Assembly (NCBI RefSeq): GCF_963921235.1
Contig: NC_086097.1
Coordinates: 49,850,001 to 49,914,000 of the forward strand
Direction: 5' to 3'
Length of the DNA stretch: 64,000 bases
Source: Mobula hypostoma
Taxonomy: Eukaryota
Positions 36,993 to 51,335 of this stretch are shown piece by piece. The translations under genes were made by a program, and so were the position numbers. A model generated the notes under the pieces. It ran no database searches. It saw only the letters and a list, made by a program, of their open reading frames with translations, and was not told the DNA's origin. Numbering within the stretch: position 1 is the stretch's first letter; the number at the start of each line of letters is the position of its first letter.

Positions 36993-39656
36993 TATAGCCT
37001 ATGTCTGTTAGCCTATGCCAGTACTAAATATAGTTCCACATATCAACCAATTTTACCAATCTGTCTATTGCTTCTAAAGTCTGTCTAAAGTCTTCAACAA
37101 TCCTGCTAACTATTAAGCATATTGTCAATTTTGTTTCAATTTAGGTTTCAGATTAACATATAACAAGAAAAGCTTTGGTCCTAATTTGACCTGCAGTGGA
37201 TCCTACTGCACACATCTGTCCAGTTCGATGGTTTCCAACCTGGGGTCTACGGACCCCCTACTTAATGGCATTGGTCCATGGCATAAACATAAAGAAATTC
37301 GGAATCCTTGGTCTAGTTGGAGAATGAATTCTTAATTACTGCTCTTCGTTTCTTATCTCTTGGCCAATGGCATTTTTAGTTATTCATGGACAAGTTGTGA
37401 CCATGATTCAGAAGGACAGTGTTTCCTTTCCATCCTAAATTAATTTGAGAAAGTAGCAAATTCTGTCTTTAACTATTCTAATGTGTGCAGTGAAGTTATG
37501 CTTAAGAGTTCTTTCAGGGAGTTTGAGGACACATTTCTAAGTCAGTGTTGTGTCTGACCTATAGTGGAATATGAGGTAGTGGAGTTTGCATATACTTACT
37601 CCATTTTAGTTAGCAGAGATTATGGATTTGGATGAGAATTTGACAAAAAAATGATGAGTTGAAAGTAAATTTAATTTCAAAGTACATGTATGTCACCATA
37701 TGCTACCCTGAGATTCATTTTCTTGTGGGAATTCAGCCACCATTCACTCGATACACTGAGTTACCTCAGTGTATCTAGTAGATGACTGGCTGAAATACAA
37801 ATTCCAAATCTTCATTTTGAGCGTAGAATACATTTCATGTTATATTTTTGCTGCATAAATCTTTGATTTCTGACTTTTTCATATTACATTTATTCTTTGG
37901 TCAGGAGTATTTTTGTTTTTTGAATGATTACTTGGCAAATATATTGCATTTGGGATAACTTAAAAAGATCTTGTACAAAAATATTATTTGTATTAAAATA
38001 TTCTAGGAGCATTTTTTGTAAAATATACCTTAATTTGCATTACTTTTTTAAAACAAATTAGACATGCAGTATTGTTGACTTGCATTTGAAAGGTAATCGT
38101 TCTAAAGCATGGGGTTGAATTTTTAAACTAACACTTAACAGTTGGTGTTTAATGGAAGATGTTTCGTGTAAATTGCATCAGCGTGGTGCATGTCACAACA
38201 TGTTTTGCATCATTGCTGGTTTTGTCCAACTCAATATTACGAGATCACTTTGGACAGCGGGAAGGAAAAAGGTTTGAGAATATTTCACTCTCTGAGAGAT
38301 AGAAGAAAATCAAAAGTTTAGTTGTGTATGGACTCATTTCCATTTACAAATAGACGTAGGAACAAAACAATGGGAATATCTGTAAGAAACTAGCTAATTT
38401 GTATATAGTATCGATATATGAGTCATTAAACTTAATGATATGTGATACCTCTACATCATTGAATCAACTCTTACATGTTAATAAGATATAATACTTATAA
38501 AAGCAAATCATGCAAGATTTTTTTGTACTCTTAAGGTAATGTAAAAATGGTAAAAAGAAGTGAAGAAACAAGCAGCAGACAAAAACTTTATTGCAAAAAG
38601 AAAATAACTTTGTAGAAACTATTATCTCATTCTTGGCATCAAAGGGATGAAAAGTTGGCCACACCTGAATCATGTGCTTAAAGGGATTTTGAATTACATA
38701 TTTTGGAATGGCCTGATTAAGTAACTAACATAGCAATGAATTAGGAAGAAAGTGAAAAGTAATGATGGTGTAGAAGATGAATATGCTTTCAACTCCATGT
38801 ATGGCTGGATTATCAATGAGAGTTAGAAAATAGAACTTTGATATGGTTGCTGAGAAGAAAGCAATTTTACACATGAAATAATTGATAATTGAACAAGAAT
38901 TTGTAACCAAGAGGAATAGACATAAACTCGAATCAAGATAACAGAAGCAGTGAGGTTAAAGCATAGCACAAATCTGTAAAGGTAAGTAGGCTATTAACCC
39001 TTCAGTTGTACTAGTTAATTTGTCAGAGCTGTGTACATCAAAACTCCATTTATCTATTTTTTGTCTGTCTCCCTTAATGTTTTGATAAATTTTGAACAAA
39101 ACATGACTATTATTGAGGATATGAAGGGAAGGAAAAGTTATCGAATTTGATAACACTAGTTTCAGTTTTTTTGGGGAGTGAGCACCAAAATTCTTCTAAA
39201 TTTTGCATTAAATAATTTTCTTTATTTCAGTACTAATTCCCTTGAGACAATTTTATGAATTTGTCCTTTGTTGAAATGCAAAAAAATTGCAGTGGTGGAA
39301 ATCTGACCTGTGGAACTCTGAAAATGCTTCCATTATTTCATTTGTGGCAAGAGGTATGGAATTAATGTTTCGGGTCAATAAACTTCATCAGAACAGAAAA
39401 AGTGAGAATATTTTAAGATGCAGAGAGGACAAAATGAATGTTTTTATTCGGATGGAAATTAAGATAGAGCAGGTGACTTCTCTCTTGGTTTCCACTCAGT
39501 CACAGATATTCCCTTTGTTTCTCATCCCCCAACTAAACTGAAACACAATTGTTTATCACTTTTTCAATTCCAGTGGTTGCTGACCGAAAATGTAACTCGA
39601 TTGCCTTCTCTGATGATTGGTACATTTTGCTTATATTTTATTCATTCTTTCCTTAG

Positions 39657-39770
39657 ATGGTGGCACAATTAGACCCACTCCTCTGTATGGCCAACCATCG
39701 TGGTGGGGAGATGATGATGTGGATAACAAAGGAGAAAGAGGTGAACTGAAGAAAACTGATTCCATGAAAG
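39657..39770 (+). CDS. CEP170B: CEP170B-like coding exon 6
   Basis: CCTTAG|(D)GGTIRPTPLYGQPSWWGDDD...SMK-G|GTATTT; conserved TPLYGQPSWWG; phase 1-1. Confidence 0.93.
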
Positions 39771-39929
39771 GTATTTGTCAGTTTATAAAATTAACCAACT
39801 GATTTGCCATATTTATTTGTCAATGTAATCTTAGTTGGATTTTAGAAGCAGCACAGTTTACCATGTGAATAGGAATAAGTCCGCAAACCCTTATGATGTT
39901 ATAGCCAGATTCACTCAGCAGTCTGATTG

Positions 39930-40470
39930 GAACTGAATTGACTTTATTTCTTACATCCTTCACATACATGAGGAGTAAAATTCTTTACGTTATGTCTCTG
40001 TCTGAATGTGCAAAATAGTAATTTAGAATAAATAGTAAGATATACAACAGAACAGTCAAGATAACTTAGAAATATAATTGTGTCAGCATATGACACGATC
40101 TGATGGCCTGGTGGAAGAAGCTGTCTCGGAGCCTGTTGGTTCTGGCTTTAATATTGTGGTACTGTTTCCTGGATGGTGGCAGCTGGAACAGTTTGTGGTT
40201 GGGGTGACTCAGGTCCCCAATAATCCTTTGGGCCCTTTTTTACGCACCTGTCACTGTAAATGTCCTGAATAGTGGGAAGTTCACATCCGCAGATACATTG
40301 GGCTGTCCGCACTACTCTCTGCAGAGTCCTGCGATGAGGGAAGTGCAGCTCCCATACCAGGCAGTGATGCAGCCAGTCAGGATGCTCTCAATTGTGCCCC
40401 TGTAGAAAGTCCTTAGGATTCGGGGACTCATGCCAAACTTCTTCAACTGTCTGAGGTGAAAGAGGCACTG
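39930..40470 (-). mobile_element. Rex1/Babar-like LINE 3' fragment
   Basis: Minus-strand FYRGTIESILTGCITAWYGSCT..HPNHKLFQLPPSRK..RLRDSFFHQAIR; repeated AATTG/AACTG tail. Confidence 0.8.
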
Positions 40471-40656
40471 TTTCAGATGCAATCAGTTAGAGATATTCAT
40501 TTCAGGAGTTTCTTCTAGAGAAATCAAAAGTGCTATAAAAGTATGCTTATTTTCATATGTTTCTTCATTGATTTTTTAACCTAGTGAAATAAATTGCAAG
40601 GCAGGTAAATGGCATTTAACCATGCATAATCAACAAAATAAATTCCTTTCCCCAAG

Positions 40657-40919
40657 AAATGCTGGTGAACGCAGCAGGTCAGGCAGCATCTATAGGAAGA
40701 GGTACAGTCGACGTTTCGGGCCGAGACCCTTCGTCAGGACTAACTGAAAGAAGAGATAGTAAGAGATTTGAAAGTGGGAGGGGGAGATCCAAAGTGATAG
40801 GAGAAGACGGGAGGGGAAGGGAGGGAGCTAAGAGCTGGAAAGTCGATTGGCAAAAGGTATACAAGGCTGGAGAAGGGAGAAGATCATGGGACGGGAAGCC
40901 TAGGGAGAAAGAAAGGGGG
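40657..40919 (-). mobile_element. Penelope pseudo-LTR fragment
   Basis: Highly similar to the 22072, 31624 and 36839 copies; no TSD found. Confidence 0.85.
40705..40742 (-). ncRNA. Minimal type I hammerhead ribozyme motif
   Basis: Minus strand TAGTC-CTGACGA-AGGGTCTCGGCCC-GAAAC-GTC-GACTG. Confidence 0.78.
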
Positions 40920-43289
40920 TTTATTTTTATTTTTTTATTATTATTATTATTATTTTTCTCTCTGTCAGATTATGTATTGCAGAGAACTGCTGCTGCCAAG
41001 TTAATAAATTTCACGTCACATGCCGGTGATAATAAACCTGATTCTGATTCTGATTTTACTACTTGCCAGCAGCAACTAGTCCAAAACTCCAAAGGCAAAA
41101 GTAGTACCAGTATTGGATTTGTAGATTATTACAGTTTAGAGAGACTCTGATACTATCTACAGACTGCAATTTTAAACATCAGTTTTGCATCCCAAGTCTG
41201 GTAGAAATTATGTGCTACATGTGCCATCCAGAAGGAACAAGTAAGATGTCCAGTTTTATTTTTCCTTTATTATTATTTAATCTCTAAAGGGTGCCTCTTT
41301 CTTTTCTCTGCCTGTTTAGAAAATATAATGAATATTGTTAATACTAAATAAAATAAATCTACTTAAAGTTATAATTTAACCTAAGTGTTGTAGAGCCAAC
41401 AGTTTGAGAAATCCTCTCTCCGAAGAATATCCTTGTTATGTCCTTTTGAGTTGTAACAGGTAAACAAGTATACAGTAAATAGATTTATGGTCATCTTTAG
41501 TTGTACAAATACTGTAAATGCTAAACATATACCCCATGCTTCAATGTGTTAGTTATATTGAAGCACTCTTGCCTGGTTCTGAGTACAAAGGATTTTACTT
41601 CAGGTTTTGTTTACAAATTTGCGTAAATTATTTTAATTTCAAAATTGAAGATTTAGTCTTGGGGTTTGGAGAATGTAACTAATTTGGCCAGATTCCATTT
41701 TAAGAAGGCAACAGCCATATGCAGAAGAGAAGGTGCTTCTGTTGAGTTTCATGCCTAGCCTGTGCTGAATTATCTTAAAAAAAATAGCACTGCAATTAGC
41801 ATCACACCAAAGCATCAGGTTATAATTAGCATTGCACTTAAATGTCAACCTAATTTTGAATTCACTTTCCTAGATTGTGATTTAATCCATGGCCTCTGAC
41901 TCAGAGAGGAGCACCATTACTAAACCGAGGTAGTACTATGAATCCTTCCTGATTTCCTGGCTACTTTCTGAAAACTATCCAGGAAACTTAATGCAATTAC
42001 TTAATGTAATTCAATGAATCTAATTGCAGCCAGTTAGAACGCTTTTGATGGGCACCTAACAATCTTTGTTGCAACTTGTACAAAGCATCTATTACTTGTC
42101 TACCCGACCTTCTTGTCTGCTTTTGTATGGCTCAAAGGTAGAATAAAGGGAAATCTTGCCAAGATCTTCAGTTATTTGTGCTAATAATATGTATCATAAT
42201 TACATTGACCAATATACAATTCTTTTTGAATATATCACATCTTATTTAGACCATCCCTGACAATTCTGAAATAAACCCGAAAATGTTAGAAATACCTCAC
42301 TAGAGATTGAGAGAGAAACAGAATTAGCATTTCAGGTGATGATCTTCATTGGAGATGAGTAAACTAAGTGAGAGGGAAAATCAAAAGCGGAATGGAATGA
42401 AGAACTAAAAAATGCCTTTGATAGAATGAGGACAGCAGAGAAACCTGTTTTTCTTTCATTATAATATAGTTCCTTGTATTTCAAACTTGGATTTTTACTT
42501 CTGTGAGCACATAATTATTTTTGGAACATGTAGTAAGGAAATTTCTTGAATGAAATTCACTATATCCAAAACAATTGTTTTAATTAGGCTTATTCTACAA
42601 ATATTTTATACTTTTGATGGTATTTATGGTTAGATATTTTAAAATACTTGCCAGAAATGTTAATGTTAATCACAGTGTATTCTAGTAAAGAGACACACAA
42701 GTCTTCTGCCATACCATTTCATCTAGACTTTTCAGCATATCCTTTTGTACTTATTAAATCTATTCTTAAATGCATCCAAACCATGGATGTCCAATGACCA
42801 AATGTAGGCAACCACAAATGTCCAAATGATGTTTAATAGCTTACATAAAAATGTTGGTTATTTCCTTGGACATATTCTGCAGTCATCAGCATGATGTGTA
42901 AATATTGTATGTAACTGATGGTCAGTGACTTTTGTAGATGAATTAGTAGTAGCAAAATGCTCAATTAATTAAGTGCTAAATTCTGTTCAACTTATCAGTG
43001 ATTTTCCCAGTCATCAGTTGTAGATTTTTTTCCCTTGGAAAATTAAAATGAAAACAACAGTTATTTAATGCAATAGTGTGATCTCACATCACACTGAGGT
43101 CATGAAATGATGTGGCTGTTGGTTTTGTTACTGAAGCTGTTGAAGCAAGAACACTGTCAAGAATAGAATAAACTCCACACAAAGGCTGATTCCTGACTTT
43201 ATCAGGATATAACTTGGTAACTGAATCTGGTAGTTACAAATTAACTGGCCTTTGTCCTCCAGACATATTTAATGTTAGTTTCTTCTTTT

Positions 43290-44733
43290 ACTTTCAAGAA
43301 TCATTAGATTCTGGAATAGTTCCAGAGGACTGGAAAATTACAAATCTCACTCCACTCTTTAAGAAGGGAGGGAGACAAAATGCAGAAAATTATAGGCCAG
43401 TTAGTTGGGAAGATGTGAGAGTTCATTATTAAGGATGAGGTTTTGGGGTACTTGAAAGTGCATGATAGCATAGGCCAAAGTCAGCATGGTTTCCTTAACA
43501 GGAAATCTTGCCTCACAAATATATTGGAATTCTTTAAGGAAATAACAGGCAGGAGACACTAACGAGTGTCAGTGGATGTTGTTAACTTGAATTTTCAGAA
43601 GGCCTTTGACAAAGTGCCACACATGAGGCTGCTTAACAGATATAAGCCCATGATATTACAGGAAAGATAGTAGCATAATAGAAATTTTGTTGACTGGCAG
43701 GAGACAAAGAGTGGAAATAAAGAGGGCCTTTCTGATTGGCTGCCGGTGACTAGTGGTGTTCCACAGGGGTTGGAATTGGGTCAGCTTTTTTCACGTTATA
43801 TTCAATGACTTGGATGACAGAATTGAAGGCTTTGTGGTCAAGTTTGCGGACAGTATAAAGATAGGTGGAGGAACAGGTAGTTTTGAGGAAGCAGGGAGCC
43901 TGAAAATGACTCAGACCAATTGGAAGAATATAGTGTAAGGAAGTGTATGGTCATGAACTTTGGTTGAAGGAATAAAGGTGTAGACTATTTTTTTTAAATG
44001 GGGAGAAAATTTTGAAAAATCATGTGTAAAGGGACTTGCAAGTCTCTTGCAGGATTCCCTAAAGGTTGCAGCTTGAGTCGGTGGTAAGGAAGGCAAATGC
44101 AATGTTAACATTCATGTTGAAAAGACTAGAATGTAAAAGCAAGGATGTAATGCTGAGGCTTTAGAAGGCATTGTCAGATCGTACTTGGCGTATCGTGTGC
44201 AGTTTTGTGCCCTTATTCTTAGAAAAGATGTGCTGGCATTGGAGAGACCAGAGGTGGTTCACGAGAATAATACCAGTCAAGAAAGGTTTAACAAATGAGG
44301 AGAGTTTGATGACTCTGGGCCTGTACTTGCTGGAGTTTAGAAGAATAATAGGTGATCTCATAGAAACCTATCAAACATTGAAAAACCTAGTGGATGCGGA
44401 GAGGATGTTTCTTATAGTTGCAGGGGAAGACTAGGACCAGAGAGCACAGCCTCAGAGTAGAGGAACGTCCATTTATAACAAAGATGAGGGGAATTTTCTT
44501 TAGCTAGAGAGTGATGAATCTGTGGAATTTATCGCTATAGGCGGCTGTGGAGGCCAAGTTATTGAGTATATGTAAAGCAGAGGTTGATTGGTTCTTGATT
44601 ATTCAGGATGTGGATGATTACATTAGAAGGCAGGACAATGGGATTGAAAGGGATAATAACTCAGCCATGATAGAATGATGGAGCAGACTCAATGGGCCAA
44701 ATGGCCTAATTTGTTGCTATGTCTTATGGTCTT
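43290..44733 (+). mobile_element. CR1 LINE (RT to 3' end, decayed)
   Basis: FQESLDSGIVPEDWKITNLTPLFKKG..NYRPVS; KFADSIKIGG; TCTTATGGTCTTA tail. Confidence 0.88.
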
Positions 44734-45399
44734 AAGGTCTGTCTTCTAGAATTCTGTTGCATTGTCATATTTCTCATTAACATGATTAGACAATGTCTTA
44801 GTGAAATAATATGCAGCCTGTGATGTTGAATTTGCATCATAGTTAATGTAACACTAAAAGGTAAAGTATTTTTGAATAACATTCGATGTGTGGTGGGAAT
44901 CTCATTAAGCACTGTCTTGACTTCTCAGTTGTGTCTCAAAAAAGTGCAAGAAGAAGCTCATGAATTATTTTTGTTTCTAAGATACAAACTAATTATTTAC
45001 CAACTTCTACAGCTTTATCTTTTCCTCTTACTGCAGACACTCCATATTCTTCTCCTGAAACAGTGCATTTCATCAGCTTCCTTTCCCATGCACATTCTAC
45101 CCACGTCCTATCTCTCTTTCTCTTGAACCCATTTTGATTAATTACCATCTCTTCTGCTATCTTTCCTCCTCTTTTATTAGCTGGCCTTGTAAGTACTCTT
45201 CCATTTCAAAATACTTGGTATTGAATTCTGAATGAAATCCCAATTTTTAGACTCTCTTAAAAGTGTTGCTGGCTTTCAGATTAGTGCCTATATGTCCCAC
45301 AAAATTGGAATCCCTCTTGCACTCAAATGCCAGTTCATGATTATATGTGGATGTCAATAGTTCATTATCCTTCTTTATCCATCTTTATTTTTTCTTCTT

Positions 45400-45710
45400 A
45401 GGCGACATTATAGTGTAGTGGTTAGCATAACACTCGAAAGAGACAGCAATCACAGATCAATTCCCATTGTTGACTGCAAGGCATTTGTAAGTTCTCCCTA
45501 TGACTCCAAGGGTTTCTTCCAGGTGCTTCAGTTTCCTCCAACATTCCAAAGCATACAGGTTAGGGTTAGTAAATTGCAGGCATGCTGTGTTAGTGCCAGA
45601 AGCATAGACACAATTGTGGGCTGCCCTCAACGCACCATTGAACTATGTTGGTTGCTGACACAAAGAACACATTTCTCAATATGTAAGAACATGTGACTAA
45701 TAAAGCTAAC
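45400..45710 (+). mobile_element. V-domain SINE (old)
   Basis: tRNA-like head TAGTGTAGTGGTTAGC and core GGGTTTCTTCCAGGTGCTTCAGTTTCCTCC. Confidence 0.65.
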
Positions 45711-46034
45711 CTTTTAAAGAGAAAATAGTCTCCATTGTCCAAATTGGTGGAAAATCTTTAATTGATTTTATTCTTACTTATTCGATGATGATACAGGATA
45801 ATTTCCACAAACCATGTCAGAATGTGTTGGTAGGATTGTTATTGCCAACTTCTGCTCCTATATCTTACATTGCAACAGAGGATCCAGTTTCCCTCTATTC
45901 CCTCCTTAAACCTCTCTGTCCTCCTTTTATACCTCTAATTAGTCCTTCAAACCTACCTCATCAACCCCAAAATAATTTTTTTGTGTTGTGGTGTCAGCTT
46001 TTGTTTGCACTTGTGAAATATTTTTGCCTGAAAA

Positions 46035-47808
46035 ATCTTTGAAGAAATAACAAGCAGGATAGACAAAGTAGAATGGGTGGATGTTGTGTACTTGGATTTT
46101 CAGAAGGCCCTTGACAAGGTGCCACACATGAGGCTGCTTAACAGGTTAAGTGCCAATAGTATTCCAGAAAAGATACTAGCATGAATTGAGCATTAGCTGA
46201 TCGGCAGGAGGCAAAGAGTGAAAATGACAGGAGCCTTGGTGACAATTGGTGCTCCACAGAGGTCTGTGTTGGGACTGCTTCTTTTTATGTTATATGTCAA
46301 TGATTTGGATGATGGAATTGATGGGTTTGTGGCTGAGTTTGTGGATGATATATGAAGAAAGGTGGAGGGAAGGTTGTGTTGAGGAAGTAGGCTATAGAAG
46401 GACTTAGATAAGGAGAATGGGCAAAGAAGCAGCAAATGGAATACATTTTCAGGAACTGTATGGTCATGCACTTTGGTAGAAGAAATAAAAGGGTAGACTA
46501 TTTTCTAAATGGAGAGAAAATACAAAAATCTGAGGTGCTATAGGACTTGGTGTCCTTGTGCAGGATTCCCTAAAGGTTAATTTGCAGGTTGAGACAGTGG
46601 TGAGGAAGGCAAATGCAATGTTAGCACTCATTTCAAGAGGACTAGAATATAAAAGTAAGGATGTAATGTTGAGGCTTTGTAGGGCACAGTTGTGGCCACA
46701 CTTGGAGTATTGTGAGCAGTTTTGGGCCTCTTGTCTACAAAAGGATGTACTGACATTGGAGAAGATTCAGAGGAAGTTCATTAAAAATGATTCCGAGATT
46801 GAAAGGCTTGTCATATCAAGAGTGTTTTATAGCTCTGGACCTCTACTCACTGGAATTCAGAAGAATGAGGGCTGACCTTATTGAAACCTATTGAATGTTG
46901 AAAGGTCTCGATAGAGTGGATGTGGAGAGGATGTTTCCTTTGGTAGGGGAGGCTTAAGACCAGAGGGCATAACCTCAGAATAGGGCGACCATAAGACATA
47001 GGAGCAGAATTAGGCCATCTGGGCCATTGAATCTGCTTCGCCATTCAATCATGGCTAATCCTTTTTTTCTATCTCCTCCTAAACCCCAGTTCCTGGCCTT
47101 CTCCCCATATTCTTTGATGCCATGTCCAATCAAGAACCTGTCAATCTCTGCCTTCAATACAACCAACGACCTGGCCTCCACAGTTGCATGTGGCAACCAA
47201 TTCCACAAATTCACCACCCTTTGGCTAAAGAAATTTTTCCGCATCTCTGTTTTGAAAGGGCACCCCTCTATCCCTCTTATCCTAGACTCTCCCACCATGG
47301 TAAATATACTTTCCACATCTACTCTGTCTAGGTCTTTCAACATTTGAAAGATTTCAATGAGATTCCCCCCCACCCCCGCATCCTTCTGAATTCCAGTGAG
47401 TACAGACCCAGAACCATCAAATGTTCCTCGTATGATAACCCTTTCATTCCTGGAATCATCCTTGTGAACCTTCTCTGGACCCTCTCCAACGCCAGCACAT
47501 CTTTTCTAAGATGAGGGGCCCAAAATGTTCACAATACTCAAGGTGAGGCCTCACTAGTGCTTCATAAAGCTTCAGCATCACATCCTTGCTCTTGTATTCT
47601 AGTCCTCTTGAAATGAATGCTAATGGACGTCCTTTTAGAACAGAGATGAGGAATTTCTTGAGCCAGAGAAGCCAGAGAAGGACATGAAGGGATACGGGAG
47701 AAGGCAGGAGATTGGGGCTGAGAAGGAAATGTATCAGCCATGATGAAATGGTGGAGCAGACTCGATGGGCCAAGTTACCTAATTCTGCTCCTATATCTTA
47801 TGGTCTTG
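46035..47808 (+). mobile_element. CR1 LINE 3' half with a related CR1 nested in inverted orientation (~46989-47623, minus strand)
   Basis: Plus-strand VYLDFQKALDKVPH..RGLEYKSKDVMLRL; minus-strand copy of the same C-terminus with ATAAGACATAGG tail at ~46991; plus strand resumes at ~47624. Confidence 0.85.
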
Positions 47809-48011
47809 ACTTACTGTGTTTAAAGGTGCTTCATAAAATACTTCTGGTGACAGAATAGTGACAGAGCGATATTAGACAGCTGTGCCAATGGCAATGGAGC
47901 TGTAAGATCCAGGAAAAAGGTACAGTACAGCAGTCCTTGAGAGATGGGAAGCACTGATTCTAAAAGCTGACACATCCAAAAAAATTAATTTATGTGCATT
48001 CTTCTCCATAG

Positions 48012-48494
48012 ATAATTCCAAAGAAATCCCACGAAGTGAACAGGAAATTAATGGAAATCTTCCAGATTATAAAGATTTTGGAGATAAATCTGTCTATTCA
48101 TTTCGAAGGGAGCCCAGCTACTTTGAAATTCCAACAAAAGAATTTCAACAGCCATCCAAGTCTCCGGACAGTGAAGTTCATGAAATTCCAACAAAGGACA
48201 CTGATACAATTCCGTCTCCACGAGTTCATAGTCATGCTTCCTTTACTATTGAGTTTGATGATTGCACACCAGGCAAAATAAAAATAAAGGATCATGTAAC
48301 CAAATTTCCTTTGAGACAAAAAAAGGCTCAACAGGTAGAAAAAGTCCCTGTGCAAGGTGATGCACTGTCAGCAGAGAATAAAGTGGTTGACTGGCTGGTT
48401 CAGAATGACCCAAGCTTGTTGCTGAAAAGGCAGACACCGAGGGATATTTACAGCATCAAGAGTGATCAACAGGTTCATATAAAGACACTAAAAG
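48012..48494 (+). CDS. CEP170B: CEP170B-like coding exon 7
   Basis: ATAG|..FRREPSYFEIPTKE..HASFTIEFDDCTPGKIKIKDHVTKF..KVVDWLVQNDPSL..KTLK-G|GTATTG; 483 nt, phase 1-1. Confidence 0.95.
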
Positions 48495-48822
48495 GTATTG
48501 TTTTTCTTCTGATTATTGAAGCCTCGTAGGAGCTTAAAATCGATGATAATGTTTAACCATGAAATAATATTCTTTTTCAGAAGGCTTTTCTGATTACTAT
48601 AAATATACAGCACCATCCAGACCAACTTTGAGTACAGTTTTTCGTAACAGATACAGAAAATATTGGATCAAAGGTCTTCAATTTCCAATGTTATTTTTTC
48701 TCTTGTTCTACGGATGTTGTCCCACCTGCTGAAATTTCCAGCAGATTAGAAAGAAGATGCTAATGTATTAAATTAGTTTGTAATTTTATCTGGAATATTA
48801 ATTTTTCTTCCTCGCTTAATAG

Positions 48823-49619
48823 GTTGTAGACATGAAGATGGTACTCAAAGTGATTCGGAAAATCAAATTGCTTCTAAACAACAGGAAAAGGGAGACTCAT
48901 CCCTGGATTCACCTCCAAGGCAAATACAGATTTACAGTGATGGTAAAATGTATGAACTCCAACATGACCAACAAGATATGCCCATGGGTCAACAAGCTTT
49001 TGTTATTGAATTCTTCGATGATGATAATCCTCGTAAACGTAGAGCACACTCTTTTACTCAAAACGCAAATGCCATGCACAATGATTCTTACATTGCTCTT
49101 AGAGCTAAACTAGAAAAGCGTAAGGGCACCTCAACCAGTGAGAAAGTTTCAGTACAGCAAGCACACTCTTTAGTGCAAATGAGCAAGCCTGCTACTAGTT
49201 CATCACTTCCCCAAAGGTCTAATTCACTAAAGAGGGAAAAGACTGAAGAACGATTTAGCACCTCTGCTTCTAGCTGCAAAGGTTCACTTCGGAGTTTTGG
49301 GAGTGTGGGACGAAAGAGTAAACTCAGCCAAGAGTTTGCTGCTGAGCTGTTGAAAGAAACTGCAAGAAGTGTTAAAGTGGATAAACCTCCAGATCCTTTT
49401 CCTGTGGCAGTTGCACGTATGCCAGTGTCACCTCCTTCACCAGAAACATTGGTATCACCATTAACACCTCCAACAAAGGCATCCTCGAAGCCAGCTGATT
49501 CACCAAAGCCAAACTCCAGACAGGGTGATCAAGATAGTTTAAGTGACACTGGCACATATACTATTGAAACAGATACACAAGACAAAGAGGTTGAAGAGGC
49601 TCGGAAGATGATTGATCAG
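48823..49619 (+). CDS. CEP170B: CEP170B-like coding exon 8
   Basis: TAG|(G)CRHEDGTQSDSE..QQAFVIEFFDDDNPRKRR..DSLSDTGTYTIET..EEARKMIDQ|GTAAGA; 797 nt. Confidence 0.95.
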
Positions 49620-50399
49620 GTAAGAAGCAAATATGCAAGTTAAGTACTATATTCAAAGAAAATACAAATCTTCTGACATTTTCTATTAATATTTAATTCC
49701 ATAATTCTTACACCAGTGATGATCTAATTATTTTCGACTAATGATAATCTACTTTGAAGGCTCACCAAGTAACCTTGTTGGTAGCTATTTGCTATGGTTT
49801 ATCTGTCTTACCTGTGAATAACTTGAATTCATTTTGTTGCTCTACCTTTGCAGGTGGGCAGTGTTGGGAATGTCACACTTAGTGTATATCTCCATATTAG
49901 GTGGGTTACATGCTGGAATTGCAGCCCTCCTTGAAGTCATTTCTTCTCTGGTGTTAGGTAGATATAGCAGAATTTTGACCTATTAGTCAACGAATAAGTC
50001 AACCCAATGTGATATGCTGCTTGGATGATGTGATATGCTGCTTGGATGACAGGATAAGCTTCCCATGCTCACACTTTGTTTCAACAAGCAATCTACTGGA
50101 GGAACTCAGCAGGTGAAGCAGCATCTTGATGTTTTGGGTTGAAGCCCTGCATCAGAACTAACATTGGAAAGGCGAGTTGACTAATATTAAGAAAAGAACC
50201 CAGCACTGATAGCCCTTTGCGTTCTTGCCTATCTCTTCCAGCAAAAGGCTCCAATCTTCACACCACATCCTTCCTTCCCCCTCTTTGCTCTCCCTCTCTC
50301 GCTGTCTCTGAACTGTAACCCAGCTCCTATCTCCTACCTGGCCTAACCTCTCTGCTATTTTACACGCTTCCTCAGTCCTCTTCTATGTTTGTCCAGTAG

Positions 50400-51335
50400 G
50401 GGTGAAAGGCTATTATTCTGTCTGGAGGTCCGTGACTGGAGGTGTTCAACAAGGATCATTGTTGAAACCTTTGTTGTTTGTGATATATATCAATGATTTG
50501 GATGAAAATGTAGATGAGTGGATTCGCTTGTTTGTGGATGAAACCAAGATTGGTAGAGTTGTGGACAGTGTAAATGACTGTCGAAGAATACAGTGGGATA
50601 TAGATCAGTTACAGATATAGGTAACAATCAAATGAACAGAGAAAGTATACATTATATGGTAAGCCCCTTAATAGCATTGTGTCCCAAGTCAGGAGTTTAC
50701 TATAGCTACACAAATGGATAAAGTAGTAGAGAAGACATGTATTGTGCTTGCCATGTTGATAGAGGTGTTGGGAATAAAAGTAAGGAAAGTCACACTAAAG
50801 CTGTATAAAACTCAGACTGCACTTGGAGTATTGCCACTCCAGTTTTCACAGGATAGGAAAGTTATGGAGCAGTTTACCAAGATACTACCTGGATTGGATG
50901 ATAGGAAATATAAGAGAAGTTTGGACAAACTTGGGTTGTCCTCGCTAGAGCATCAAGAGACTGAGGGGAGACCTGATTGAGGTTTTTTAAAATTATGAGA
51001 GTTATATATAGGGTAGCCAATCAGAATCTTTTCCTAGCATCAAAATATCAAACACCAGAGGACAAGCTTTTAAGGTTAGAGCGAGGAAGTTTGAAGGTGA
51101 CATGTGAGTAAGTTTTTTTATGCTGAGAAGGGTAGGTGTCTGAAATGGGTTATCAGGTAGTAGCGAAATGAGGCAGTTTGGTGGAGTTTGAGGCTTTTGG
51201 ATATACATATAAATATGAAAAGAATGAAGGGATATGGATGATACACAGGAAGAGGACACTTAATAGATACAGTATCAAGATCAGCACAACAATTGTTAGC
51301 GAATGGCCTGTCGAATGCTGTACTGTTCTATGGTC
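50400..51335 (+). mobile_element. Old CR1 LINE 3' part nested in a decayed Penelope fold-back (~50085-51525)
   Basis: WRSVTGGVQQGSLLKPLLFVIYINDLDE..FVDETKIG; flanks resemble Penelope pseudo-LTR arms in opposite orientations. Confidence 0.75.

Noticed and set aside
37225..37315. Possible tiny hAT MITE; similar hints at ~33322 and a Tigger-like start at ~52668
   Set aside because: Too degenerate to define both TIRs and a TSD by eye.
50007..50048. 21-bp perfect tandem duplication ATGTGATATGCTGCTTGGATG (and a similar GTTATGTTTTATTTTTCA repeat near 58468-58512)
   Set aside because: Two-copy local duplications with no array structure; not CRISPR-like or evidently functional.
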